64,000 nt of DNA from Azolla caroliniana (lineage: Eukaryota > Plantae > Polypodiophyta). Shown here one piece after another: positions 1 through 12,341 of this stretch. Location: assembly GCA_043228905.1 (NCBI GenBank), contig JBHGNT010000007.1:15624001-15688000 (forward strand). The letters are read 5' to 3'. The position numbers were made by a program, and so were the translations under genes. Under the pieces are notes generated by a model. It had not been told where the DNA came from. It did not search any database and was given only the letters and a program-made list of their open reading frames with translations. Numbering within the stretch: the stretch's first letter is position 1; the number at the start of each line of letters is the position of its first letter.

Positions 1-433
1 TTGATAGTGTTGAAGCAATGAATGGAAGCTTTTTAGATGTGCAATTTAGGCACCAAAGAATTAATGATTAAGTTTACATTTCTTTAATTCTTTCTAAGGC
101 ATCAATTGTCTTTCATGTGAATTCTTCAGAGATATACACCACCACTTGCACGCACACTTACCACAAATCTGACATTTTTAGGTCTGGTATTAGAATAGAT
201 TTCATATTTCAACACAATTTTTCACAAACCAAAACTGTAAATATAATTCGATTAATGATGTCCACCAAACCAGTTTGTCAAGATCGCTCAAAAACATACA
301 ATACTAGCTATGACGATACTAGCTATTCGGATTTTCACCATAGATTTATATTCTAGCTTAGTTTATTTTAGTCTGCCATGTGATTATTTTCGTTCAAGCC
401 AAATTTCTTCAATCAAACATGGCCAACTCAAGC

Positions 434-2575
434 TTAGAGAGGAACATAGAAATCCACCGATTTTTTGGCCTCCTCAAGCCTCTCTGCTACAGCCTCCCAT
501 GAAATAAGCTCATTAAAATAGGTTGCAATATAATCTGGTCGACGGTTCTGTGAATGTTAAAAGTTTCGGTTAGCTAAAATATAATAGTAACTGTTTGCCA
601 CTCTTGGTTGAAAGAAAGAAAACAAAATGAAGAGAAACTTTGACAAAACTTGCCTGAAAATCAAGGTAGTATGCATGCTGCAAGAGAAAAAGAAGAAAAC
701 AGAAATATGTCAATGGTATTTGAATAACATATCGTTATGATTATGAAAAAAACAAACATAAATTTGTGCTTTTTACCTCCCACACATCGATGGTAAGAAG
801 TGGCTGTTACAGATCACAACAATGGAGTGAGAAATTATGGTAACATTTAAGTATATATATGAAGCCTACCATTCACAAGACAGTTTACTAGCAAATATAG
901 ATGTAAAATATGGATATTGCTTACAATATTGCCTGATATCAATGGATTGAATGCATCACGAGTCTTCTCGACGATAAGCTTTGCATACTTAGTTTCACCA
1001 TCCGCAGGCTTGGCTACAAAAGTAAACAATCGATTCTTAGGTTAATGAATATATTTACAAGATTATACATAAAGATAAACGCATATTTGGGCTAAAATGA
1101 CTCCATCGTTAGTTATTAGATTCGCATAAAACACTTTTGAACCTATAACACTGAAACAATATCCAGCCCACTAAGCAAAAACTTAAATCGTAGATAACAC
1201 AAAAATGACAATACATGCCTGCAAGCCATGCCCAACCAGAGCCAAATTGTGTGGCAGCTGCCTGTTTGAATTCTTGGGCAAATGCTTCAAATGATCCGAA
1301 ATCTCTTTCAATCAACTTAAGCAATTCCCCCGCTGGTTTCTTGCTACTGTGTGGCGTGATGGATCCCCAAAAAAAGTCGTGATTCCATATCTACAGTCAT
1401 TGTATGTCATGTACATATGTCTCACCATAAAATAAAAAAAATGTGCCAAGAGTTCACAACGTTCTTCTCTTCCGGAACTAACCATTGCATATGACACATG
1501 CCTCAACAACTCAATGCAAATATATTTGCACAGACAGAAATGCATACATATACACATCAAAAAACACATATACATACCTGCATACAATCTCAAAACATAA
1601 GTAAACAGATGGATATACATGCATCCATAAGTAAATAAAGAAATGTGTAGACAATTCAAAAGTGCATTTATATATGCGTGACTAAATACAGACATATCTT
1701 ACGCGTACATATGTACATATACATACATACATACATACATATATACATACATACATACATATATATATATGTATGTATGTATAGATATATAGATATAGAT
1801 ATATATATATACATATATATACTGATTGCTATTATAAAATGTTTCTTCTGCTTTAGAGGTCCATAGTCGTGCTAAATAAAAACGATAATGTAAAATCACA
1901 TGTGCACTTCCAAGGAAAGAAAGTTTCTTGGAAAAGGAATTTTCAAAAATTTCTAAGTTAAGATATCGTCGCATCCTCAAAAATATACAACTCATACATA
2001 AATTAAGAGAAAAGGAACCACTACAATGCCCCCCCCTAACATCGTCCGATACTGTTTGCTAGAATAAACTAGAATAGAAGTACCAAGTATTACCGCCATA
2101 TAGAGAGGCTTAGGAGACTTCTTTTTTCTAAATTGAACGAACAGATACCTGGCCAGCATTATTGAAGTATGGAGTTGGATTTCCATTGTTGTATCCAAGC
2201 TTCAACACTTCCTCCAGACTCTCCTGTTCTAGGTTAGTTCCCGCGATTTGTTTGTTCAAATTGTCGACGTAAGATCGATGGTGCTTCCCCCAGTGAAACT
2301 CTAGTGTCTTCTTGCTCATGTGAGGCTCTAAGGCATCCTGCGGAGAAGCAACACGTGTACATGTGTGTATGTGAGTTATTGGAAATGATAATGACAGGCA
2401 ATGAGATCTTGAGAGTTACTGTTAATTACTAATGGGGATTCAGATCTGACAGAGGGAGAAACAGTCTTGCATATTCAACGATTGGAAGGGGTATTTCCGA
2501 ATCTTTGACAGGTGAATTTATGAATCATGGGAAATCATGGGATTCAGATCTGAAAGAGGAAGAAAGAAACATATA

Positions 2576-2623
<48 letters not shown>

Positions 2624-2671
2624 CTCGTTTCTTACCAATTCGAATGGCAGAGGTTTAAGCTGGAAAGCCAT
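434..2671 (-). CDS. FSD: Iron superoxide dismutase, copy 1 (~216 aa, no obvious transit peptide)
   Basis: Exons 2671-2636, 2337-2149, 1390-1219, 1013-925, 803-777, 677-654, 547-434 splice in frame: [32 protein letters not shown]...[14 protein letters not shown]...QFGSGWAWL...[24 protein letters not shown]...VPL*. Metal ligand motifs (WGKHH, WNH, DVWEHAYY) intact; FNNAGQ indicates Fe rather than Mn type. Two donors are GC. Confidence 0.93.
1700..1820. repeat. (TACA)n/(TA)n/(GATATA)n microsatellite block in FeSOD copy 1 intron
   Basis: Simple repeats seen directly; a further (GT)n tract lies at ~2578-2620. Confidence 0.85.
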
Positions 2672-2908
2672 GGCTACGGGAGGTAAAATTCGCTGCAAGA
2701 AGTAGCAGATACAGACAGACAGATAGAGATGAGAGGAAGGGAAGAAGATATTAATGAAGGGAAGGAGTGGAGGGGCACGAGGTAAATGCGTGGTCGCTCG
2801 ATGATGAAGGCTAGGTCATCATCCACATAAATACGTACATACTTCAAAAACCAGAGAAGAAATACATAATTCGCGAAATGCCCCTTGTCTCTCTGTTTGT
2901 GTGGTTCT

Positions 2909-3039
2909 GAGTAAATCTCCATAATACCCCCCAATCCTATTCCTTCTTCTTCTTCTTCTTCTTCTTCTTCTTCTTCTTCTTCTTCTTCTTCTTCTTCTTC
3001 TTCGTCTTCCGAGTAAATCTCAATAATACCCCCTAATCC
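2909..3039. repeat. (TTC)n microsatellite flanked by a ~29-bp direct repeat
   Basis: gagtaaatctc-(c/ca)ataataccccc-aatcc occurs at ~2909-2937 and ~3011-3039 either side of the (TTC)n run at ~2941-3008. Confidence 0.8.
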
Positions 3040-3106
3040 AACAAAGATCCATACTAGCTTTCTCACAAGCTACAGAAGTTGACAAGTCACAACTAGTGAC
3101 AACAAG

Positions 3107-3600
3107 TGGTATCAGAGCGATGTTGGAACTGAGCCACATCAACATAAGAAGAGGAATAGTCTTGAAGGAAAGGACCAGGGTGTTTAATACCTTCAAAAGA
3201 ACTATGGCTTCAACATCTGGCATAGGTTGTGAAATCAGGAAGTTCGACCGCAAAAACTTTGCCTTATGGAAGGTAATGATGCAAGACGTGTTGATCATCA
3301 AACACCAGATTGAGGCAATTTGGCACAATAGCAAGCCAACAACGATGATTGCAGAAGAATGGCAATCACTTGGACGAAATTGCAGGGTTGACCATCAAAA
3401 TGCACTTGGCTTAAAACATCTACTTCAGCATGGATAAAGAGACTATTGCATTCGCTCTATGGGAGAAGCTACAATTTGTATACAAAAAGAAGTCAAGCTC
3501 ATCAAAACTCATCTTGATTTGGCAATTATTCAACATAAAGACGAGGGAGACAGAGTCAACCACTCATATCAACACCTTTAGTCGATTGTTGATCATGTAC
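3107..3600 (+). mobile_element. Truncated Ty1/Copia 5' fragment (PBS plus gag N-terminus)
   Basis: ...gacaaca ag TGGTATCAGAGC (tRNA-iMet PBS, 3107-3118); from ATG 3204 MASTSGIGCEIRKFDRKNFALWKVMMQDVLI and, frameshifted, TIAFALWEKLQFVY...KLILIWQLFNIK are typical Copia gag. Confidence 0.8.
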
Positions 3601-3699
3601 ACATGCTACATAGCCTCACTACGATAGCGATAATTGGTTCAATGTCGACGTCATGAGAACACAAACTGTATAAGGAGATGGACTATATTGAACCCTCGT

Positions 3700-4174
3700 G
3701 CTCTGATACCATCTAAATAAATAGGGTTTCCTAGTTATTTAAGTGGAAGTAATGTGTTGTGTGGATGTATTTGAGAGGAGAGAAGTTGAGAAGAGAGTTC
3801 AGGATTAGTTAGTATAAACACGCACAAGAAGGGGTATGAAAATATCAAGCACAAGAGAAACAAAAGGTCCATTCATCATCACATTACAATAAGCCATTAT
3901 GGCATTATAAATATGTTGAGATACACCAACCACATTGAATGTGGTTGGATAAGTCTATAACTAGAGCTACACAAACCACATAAAATGTGATTAGTTAACA
4001 CTCTCCATCAAGCTCAGCAAGTTAAGCTAAGCTTGTTTCTCAACATGGATCACTAGACTACATGTTCCTAGGCTTGCATTTCATTCCTAGATTTCCTTCA
4101 AGATCACTTCTAATTTTCAGTGGATACATGGGCTCTCGAGAGAAGGAGATCAAAATAATTTAGTTCTTCTAACA
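3700..4174 (-). mobile_element. Copia LTR remnant with PBS, opposite orientation
   Basis: gctctgatacca (3700-3711) is the reverse complement of the iMet PBS; upstream on the minus strand is LTR-like sequence with a PPT-like tgatggagagTGTTAAC near 4010-3995 and TGTTAGAAG at 4174. Confidence 0.55.
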
Positions 4175-4656
4175 CTGGATAGTGTGGTGTAGTCTATTGA
4201 TACATAAAATCTACCCACCCCATGGATGGATCATACAATGTCTCTTGTTGGTAGTAAGATTGTTTTGATTGAATTAGGGAGGATCGTACCATTATGCTTG
4301 CTAAAATGCAATGGCAATACCATCAAATTGAATGTGTTTTTTCTTTCCTTCTAGGTATTTCTACTCTATCATTTGTTGTTAGTATTATGAATTAAAATAA
4401 AATCTGGAATACCTCTTTAAGTATGTGTCCTCTTCCTAAACAATGGTGTCTACACCTCGAAAGAGAGAAGAGGGAATGACTCCACCATATAGTTGATTGA
4501 TACAAATTGGGCTAGGGCATTTGGGCAAATATGAAAATTTAAGGGCAGAAAACATTGGAGTACTTCTGACTTTTTCCCTATAAATTATGGTTGCAACACA
4601 AAGATAAGCGTCCTTCCATATTTTGTTTTTGCAAACGTAGGCATGTAGCAATTTCC

Positions 4657-4770
4657 ATTGAAGAAAAGGTTAAACTTGTTTGGTGGTCTAACCAATGAGA
4701 GAGGGTCATTTTATTGAAGAAAAGGTTAAACTTGTTTGGTGGTATAACCAATGAGAGAGGGTCATTTTAT
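4657..4770. repeat. 56-bp tandem duplication
   Basis: attgaagaaaaggttaaacttgtttggtggt(c/a)taaccaatgagagagggtcatttt present twice in tandem. Confidence 0.85.
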
Positions 4771-5903
4771 CTCTTTATTCTAGACATGAACGTGATGCAA
4801 TGGACTCTTGGAGAATGTAAAGAGCAAGTACCAATTTTGTGACACTCTCATTCTATGTCAATTATAGATAAAAAGGATATATTTGTAAATCGGTGGCTTT
4901 GTGATCATATAAATATGGAAATGCTCGGACCAAACTCAATAAAAAGATTTTCCCATACTATGATCATTTCTTCTAATTTCTTGGTGCTTCTCTATGGTCG
5001 TCCATTGACTAAGAATAAGAATATTATCATTTTTCTAATTGTAAACAAAAAAAGAATCAAGGCAAATGGTGTATGGTGTCCCAAATGAATCTTCGTTTGT
5101 ACACCATACAACCACTTCAATAGGGAATGAGTTTGCGGTGATTGGTTGTGGGGTGACCTATTATGCATTCAGTATAATACAACACCATGGCCATTCTAAC
5201 ATATATTCACTACGCAATATAAAGGGTTGTACTAACTCATATAATGTGGCTCAACATTTGGGATCTACCGGCAATATAGTGATGGTAAGAATGGAGTGAT
5301 AGCATAAAAGTGAACGTGATAATAAAAAAATCACAAAAACTCAATAGATTCCAATCAAGATAATTCACATAATCATTGTATACATGAGACCTAGTTTTAA
5401 TTATCAATAAAGGGACTAACAGAGTAGATAATATAGTTCATCGCGATTTCAAAGTAACACAACATTGAAACGTTAAGCCAATGGGATTTGTTTCACATTT
5501 GGGCGGAAATATAAGGACAATCTAGTAAGTTTCTTTCGAGCCAAGTATGTTGGGAATCAACTCGTTTGAGTTTGGATATGAATTTGAATCTCGTGCTACA
5601 TGATATATTTCTTAGTGTGTTAATGTTTCCGCTTTCCTTTTGTGTAACCAATCTTTATGGATGACACTTATGTGTGTGTATGTACTACAAAATTAATAGA
5701 GCCATGTATAAATATGCCTTAGGTTGTCATTCCTGGGTTTTTTTCACCTGTAACCATATTGGGGGATCTTGGGGACTGCTAGGCGCCATGGCTCTCCGTT
5801 CTGTAACAAACTTATTACTTAAGAGATGTGATCTATAAGAGATTACTTAATAGCTAAATGAGAGGATTCATGTTGTAGAATCAAATTTCTTCTTCATGGT
5901 GTG

Positions 5904-6321
5904 TAACAATCGGCAACGGTTCGGTTCGGTTTGAGAGGGTCCAAACCGAACCGTTAAAATTTTTTGAAACTTGAACCGAACTGCGAAACCATTAAACCGT
6001 AAAAACCGTGGTTTCGTGGTTTGGTTTCGGTTTTCAACATAGGTCAAAATTTTAATTTTTAAAATTTATAATATTTCATTTTTAAAATTTTTAAAATTTT
6101 TAAAGATGTTCCTAAAATGTGAAAATAAGGTCTAAAAATGAAAAGATTGTTTAAAAACAAATTTGCAATTTTTTTAAAAAATAAATAAATAATAATAAAC
6201 CGTTTAACCGTTTAAACCGCGGTTTTTAACTGATGAAACCGAACCGAACCGAACCGTTGAAACCGTTAAACCACGGTTTCGCAGTTTGGTTCGGTTCAAA
6301 CCGAACCGTTGCCAATTGTTA
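5904..6321. mobile_element. Non-autonomous hAT-type DNA transposon (MITE), 418 bp
   Basis: 8-bp TSD ATGGTGTG at 5896-5903 and 6322-6329; TIRs TAACAATCGGCAACGGTTCGG / CCGAACCGTTGCCAATTGTTA (1 mismatch); many subterminal AAACCG/CGGTT motifs; AT-rich core. Confidence 0.9.
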
Positions 6322-7437
6322 ATGGTGTGCACTTTTCGTATGCTTTCTATGTTTCTATTCCCCATTGCCTTGTGTTATTTGCCTAAAGAATGGAGTGTAT
6401 GAGGAGTAAATGGGATGTATTCCTACAAAATCTTAGTAAAAAACATAATTGTTGTAGCAAAAGAACAAGATAGCCTAATGGTGAAAGCTTTGGCCTTTAT
6501 AAGTTCTTGGGTTTCAACCTTCCATTATAGAGAAGTGTAGCTACTTGTGCGTGTACTTATGCGGTTAATTTAGGCAATGCAAATTTAGCCATGAGAGATG
6601 TGTGGCCACTTAAATGGTTCATTGCTTATTTTAGCGCTAATTTGCTTTGAGATTTAGGTAGCACATGTGGGTGGTGACTTGATTAATATCGTTGTCGTGG
6701 TACAATAGTTGTGCACCGATAGATAATCAATGAACCTTATCCACAACTAGTGAGGAGAGACCATAAGTATGTTAAGGGATCCAGGGTGTGATCTAATACT
6801 CCATCAAATGTAGATCAAATAGATCAGTAAAGTAATATAACTCAATTAACTACACAAGTATAATAATTTGAGTAATTATTATTATTTGCCCAAACTCTTT
6901 ATATGAGTCAAAATCTTCAGACTACTTATAGTCGTTTCTCCCTCCCCCATATTTCAATACATACGAATTTTAAGACATTTTGTTTTTTTTTTGTTTATTG
7001 TACATATGTGTGTATGAGCCTTCCTATTAGACTTACTTCTTACCTTGAAAAGATAAGATGCGAAGGGTCATGGTTTGAGAATTGCCCATTACATGTACAT
7101 GCATTTTATTTTTGTTATTACACGTATCTTAGCTAAAACCCTAGTGCTTATAAAACGGTGAGAATATGCAAGAATCACAAAGTCTTGAACATGTGCCATT
7201 GGTGAAATGCTATCACAAAATCCTACATTGCACATATTAAACATTGAACATTGTTGTGAAGATTGCCTTCACTATATATCTTGTTTGTTTGTGGGTGGGT
7301 GGGTGGGTAAAGCAATCGTGGTTTTTGTCCAATAGATGATCAAATCAAGGTAAGACGAGTTTAGAGACAATACTTTTTAGATAATATTTACATATGAACA
7401 ATTAGGCAATTGAAGAAAACATAGATCATATATAGTA

Positions 7438-9290
7438 TTTTTTTATTTTTTTTCCAAAAAAAAACTACTTCCATTAGTTATAAAGATTTTACATATGAGA
7501 TTATTATATACAAATCCCTATAGGGACACGATAGGTCCATCTTATGTGGATGCTCACTGCCTCAAGAAAGGGAGAGGACGACCATTGTTGGATAAAGGCT
7601 AGTCGTTGTCTTTCAACTCTATCGGAGTCGCCCTTGAGGCCATCATATTGGCTCTTTAGAGTGGCTACAACACTCCATATCTCTTGCATTAACATTATTG
7701 GTTGCGCGCTTTGGTTGGAGAAGACTCGTCTACACCGTTGTTTCCATAAAATCCAAAGAGTTATTGGGCTGACCAAGTCCAATACAACTTGAGATTTGAC
7801 ACTAATAGGAGTTGAGTGGATATTGTCGATGGTGGAGTCTTAAGAAGACCCCTTGTGCTTTTATAACCAAAGTCATCCCCTCTTCCTGATGCTCATATCT
7901 GTTAACTGGGGCCTGCCATGATAGCCAACATACATTCCCCCACTTGATTGAGCCTTGCACCTAGCATAATTGCAATAAGCGGCTAACCCCCCGCCATATT
8001 CAATGGGACTCTGGGCAGTCCCATAGAGCATGTCGTATTGATTCTACTACAGTTGGACACGCTACACAATTAGGAGAGCTGAGGTTCCCACGCTGCCATG
8101 CACCAACCAGTAGTGACCTATGTATTAATAGCCATTGGAAAGTGGTGATTTGCCTCGTGTGTTGTTATTTCCAGAGTTTCTGCCAAAACTTGGTGATAAT
8201 TGTGTAAGGATTATGATATGTTTTCCAGACCTTTGCAGCATCCGGATCTCGAGCAGATTGAGCGGCTATAATATGACGACCCAATCTAGTTGTGAATTGA
8301 AAGAAAGGGATAGGTTTGCTTCCTTGACCCACGTAAGGATCACACCATGTCCATTGCAAAGGGTCCCAACTGACCTTACGTAGCCATGTGTTTTCATGAG
8401 TACATATGTGCTAATCTGGTTGTACTTTGATTGGATCAGGATCTACAACCCATTTATGCCCAGTATATGCTAGTACTCGAATTGCCTTATGTTGTGTTGA
8501 TGTCTCATTGTCCTGTAGTTCAGAGCCTTCGATCCTGTTTGGTGTGTCCCTACCTCTTCGGAGCAAAGAGCCCTCCTCATTGTAACCTATCCATTTCTCC
8601 GTTGTCATCCTTTGATGAGCATATTCCCTAATCAGTAGAGCGTTAATGATTTCAGATCTCATAGCCCGTCCGCCCCTGATTCCATGGAGGATGTTGGCTT
8701 GGTCTTGTATTGGCAATGACATAAATCGTCTCCAACATTCTATACTTTTTCCTGGACCTTCCAACATGTATCCCCATGACAAACCCTTACTTGATCCAAT
8801 TAGTTGATTAGATTCATCCCTAATACATGGGTTCCAAAGGATACGTTGACTGAGCCAGGCAGGTTCGGAATTGGGTTGATTGCACTTGAGTCCTCATCTA
8901 ATGTCACACCACGCCTTCCACATGGATGCACTAAATCTATCCTCCAGTTAGCGTAAGAAACTAGGTTTGAGATCCATGTTTAGAATCCATCCAATTTGGG
9001 GGGCCCAATTGGTCCCTTTTCGTGGCCTAAAGTAAGCGAAGCGTAACCGCAATAGCATTTTCTAGCAGTCATTCCCTGGTTGGAGTCCTCGCACCACAAA
9101 TTTGGCAAGTAGGGCTTTTGATTGTGAGAGGGGATCAATAAGACCCAATCCTCCTCTCGACTTAGGTGATGTGAGTATAGGCCACGCCACCTTGGCTCGA
9201 GTTGCATGATCTTCCTTACCAGATCAAATGTAATTGCATACCAGTCACTGAATCTGGTGTATACTTTCCTTGGAGATTAGTATTAATAGT
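7438..9290 (-). mobile_element. Degenerate 5'-truncated L1-type LINE
   Basis: Minus-strand fragments WILWKQRCRRVF, zf-RVT-like CVAC...ESIRHALWDCPES and TKFWQKLWK; A-rich tail near 7438-7455; many stops and frameshifts. 5' boundary approximate. Confidence 0.75.
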
Positions 9291-9804
9291 AAAACCCAAA
9301 AAATAATTCTCATGATTAAGAATCCCTACCCTCCCATGTGATCCACATTTGAGGGGGGGGGGGTTAACTAGTCATGATGGGCCACATGATGCCACAATGA
9401 TGGCACTCATGTTTTTGCCTAAGATTATAGACTCTGTTCAATGTATTTTGTACATGGACTTACTTTATCTAGTCCTTATCGCAAGTGTGAATACACATTA
9501 CTATTGACAAGGTTACAAGAACATGTGTGAAGTCATCCGATTGCCCTAAAAGAGCTCTAGAGTATGTACATATTGTGGTTAAGTTAGTTAGTGTATGGTG
9601 GGTGGGTGGGTGTTTCCTTTGGAAATGGAAGGGCATCCATTGTTCTACTGGGGAGAAGAAAGGAGAGAGAGAGAGAGAGCGTGGGAGGCTCATGCAAAGG
9701 AGGGGATATTTTAGAGAAGGAGAGGCCCAGTTTTGTAATTCTAGAGAATGTAAGGCCCATTTCTGTGAGAATATCTATCTCTCTGTCTCTCGGGGATAGG
9801 GAAG

Positions 9805-9941
9805 GGATAGATAGATAGATAGATAGATAGATAGAAGAAGGAGGCGAGCAGGATAGAAAGAGAGAGAGAGAGAGAGAGGAACCACATTTCCTTCTACTAC
9901 TACAGAGAAACACACAGTCTTCTCTCTCTCACACACACACA
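9805..9941. repeat. (GATA)n, (GA)n, (CT)n, (CA)n microsatellites in FeSOD copy 2 promoter/5' UTR
   Basis: Seen directly immediately upstream of ATG 9953. Confidence 0.85.
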
Positions 9942-9952
9942 GAATCGCAGAG

Positions 9953-12341
9953 ATGGCCATGGCTCAAGGCCTACGAACCTTCTCTCTTCCTCCTCAGTTT
10001 CCTGCATTCCATCCTCCATGCCAGGTAATATAAAGACCTCTCCATCTTCATCCTCAATAATCATCTGTATGGCCGGCATCAACATCTTGTTCATCATCAT
10101 CATCATCAATTTCATCTGTCTTCTGACTGATTCTTCTTCTGCATTGACGCCCTTCTCCTTCTTCTTCTTCCTTCTTTCTTGTACAGAGGAAGAAATCGAC
10201 GACGACGATGCGCAGAAGCTCCATTGTCATGGAGCTCCAGCTCCAGCCTTTACCTTTCGAACTGGTCAGATTTCTCTTTTCCATTTCATTCCTTTGATCT
10301 GATCTTTATCCGTGAGGGCCCTTCTAGAGAATGATGGCACCTGTAGACGAAACTGAATGAAGAGAAAAATTTCTGCAGGATGCCTTAGAGCCTCATATGA
10401 GCAAGAAGACCTTAGAGTTTCACTGGGGGAAGCATCACCAAGCTTATGTGACTAATTTGAATAAACAAATTGCTGGCACAGAGCTAGAAGGAAAGAGTCT
10501 GGATGAAATCATGAAGCTTGGTTACAACAATGGAAACCCTACAGCATACTTCAACAATGCAGGCCAGGTATTTACTTGTGAAAATTTCCGGCGGTGACCT
10601 TGGTTGTTCTAATACCTCTCTTTTAACTCGGGAAGAAACACTGCTACAACTTCACCACCCATGGCAAATTTCTGTCCTACATCATTATATATATAAATGT
10701 ATATCTATGTGTGCAAATGTATATATATGGACATGCCACCCTCTCTATATATATACATATTAATATAGATGTTAATAAATATATGCAATATGATTTTTGA
10801 TATGCACAATTATACATGTTGCACGCATATCGACAGATGCATTTGTACATACATAAATGATGCATATGTGCATGCATTTACAAATTATGTATATGGTAGA
10901 ATTTTTGCAGTCATGGTCTTTTTATATTACTTGAGCAATTTTGTTCAGTGATTTTTTGAACATTGACGCAAGCGATTATAATTTGTTTATTATTGCGCAA
11001 ACAGCTAGTTTGAATTGATCATATTCATGCATGGGAGTCTTTGCTATGCTGATTGATTCAAATTAATGCATGGGATTGTATTTGGAATTATTGCACAAGT
11101 AGCGACTTTGGATTTACCACATTCATGCATGTCAATGTGCACTATGTTGATATGATTCATATTCATGCTTGTGAGTCTGGTTGTATGTCCATCACATACC
11201 TCAACCGATTTTGTGTCATGTTTAGCAGAGGGATAACTCGGTGTGAATCATCGTGTTGGCATTTGAGTTTATAATGTCTGTAACAACATAGCTCCCTTGT
11301 TTGATTCAAGCACTTGCTCAGGGATCCCCAAAAAATAACTCAAGCTTTTACCACCACCCTTGTACCCTTGGATTGAGACTCGTATTATGAGGTGGCAATT
11401 TATTTTCTTTGCCTTTCCGCCTGGTGACTCAACAATTGTTAATTCCAGAAAAGTGTCTGTACGAAAATAGTGGACATTAATATTGGTATGTATCTTTTCC
11501 ATGAGATCATTTGGGATTGTTACGTATAGGTATGGAATCATGACTTCTTCTGGCAATCCATCAAGCCAAATGGTACCAAGAAACCAGAGGGAGAGTTGCT
11601 TAAATTAATTGAAAGAGATTTTGGATCGTTCGAAGCATTTGCTGATGAGTTCAAACAGGCAGCTGCTACACAATTTGGCTCTGGTTGGGCATGGCTAGCA
11701 GGCAAGTATTTTTATGACTATGTGGGGAAATTTATGCATATAATCTACTTGCATTAACCGAGGATTCATCTGGTTGGGTTTTGCAGCCAAGGCTACAGAT
11801 CCTCTTGTGGAATCTAAGTCTGCAAAACTTGTTATTGTGAAGACTCCCAATGCAGTGAATCCCTTGATATTGGATCACATCGTAAGCTCTCTATACGTGA
11901 CATATAGCTATGATAGGATAAAGCTTGTATTCTATTAATATCTTGCTAATGATGCTTAGTATGAATTGTCATATTACTCACCTCCTTATTTTGATCTGTA
12001 ACAGCCACTTCTCACCATTGATGTATGGGAGGTGAGGATACAGTTATTTTGTTTGTGAAAAAAAAGCATACTCTTGTATTTTGTATCACTAACTTGGTTG
12101 TTTTTCATGTTCCATTGCAGCATGCATACTACCTTGATTATCAGGCAAGTTTGTTTGCTTTTCCTTTTCTGTCTTTTAACCAATAGCAGCTGTCGGTACT
12201 TGAATATTTGGGCTCAACCAAGCTTTTTATCTGTTACAGAATCGCCGACCCGATTATATCTCAACCTTTTTCAATGAGCTTATTTCATGGGAGGCGGTAG
12301 CAGCAAGGCTGGAGGAGGCAAAAGCAACTTTGAAATTCTAG
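9953..12341 (+). CDS. FSD: Iron superoxide dismutase, copy 2 (~252 aa, predicted plastid transit peptide)
   Basis: Exons 9953-10024, 10187-10264, 10379-10567, 11530-11701, 11787-11881, 12005-12031, 12121-12144, 12240-12341 splice in frame: [56 protein letters not shown]...WGKHH...FNNAGQ-VWNH...QFGSGWAWL...TPNAVNPL...[19 protein letters not shown]...LKF*. N-terminal 38 aa lack D/E and are rich in S/T/R/P. Confidence 0.94.

Noticed and set aside
434-460. Peroxisomal PTS1 on FeSOD copy 1
   Set aside because: The C-terminus VPL does not fit the SKL-type consensus.
2674-3066. 130-aa poly-Glu ORF
   Set aside because: An artefact of the (TTC)n microsatellite; not in frame with FeSOD and has no recognisable domain.
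2830-9570. GTAC copper-response (SPL7-type) motifs upstream of the FeSODs
   Set aside because: Only scattered single GTAC sites (~2835, ~9450, ~9566) were seen near the starts, no more than expected by chance.
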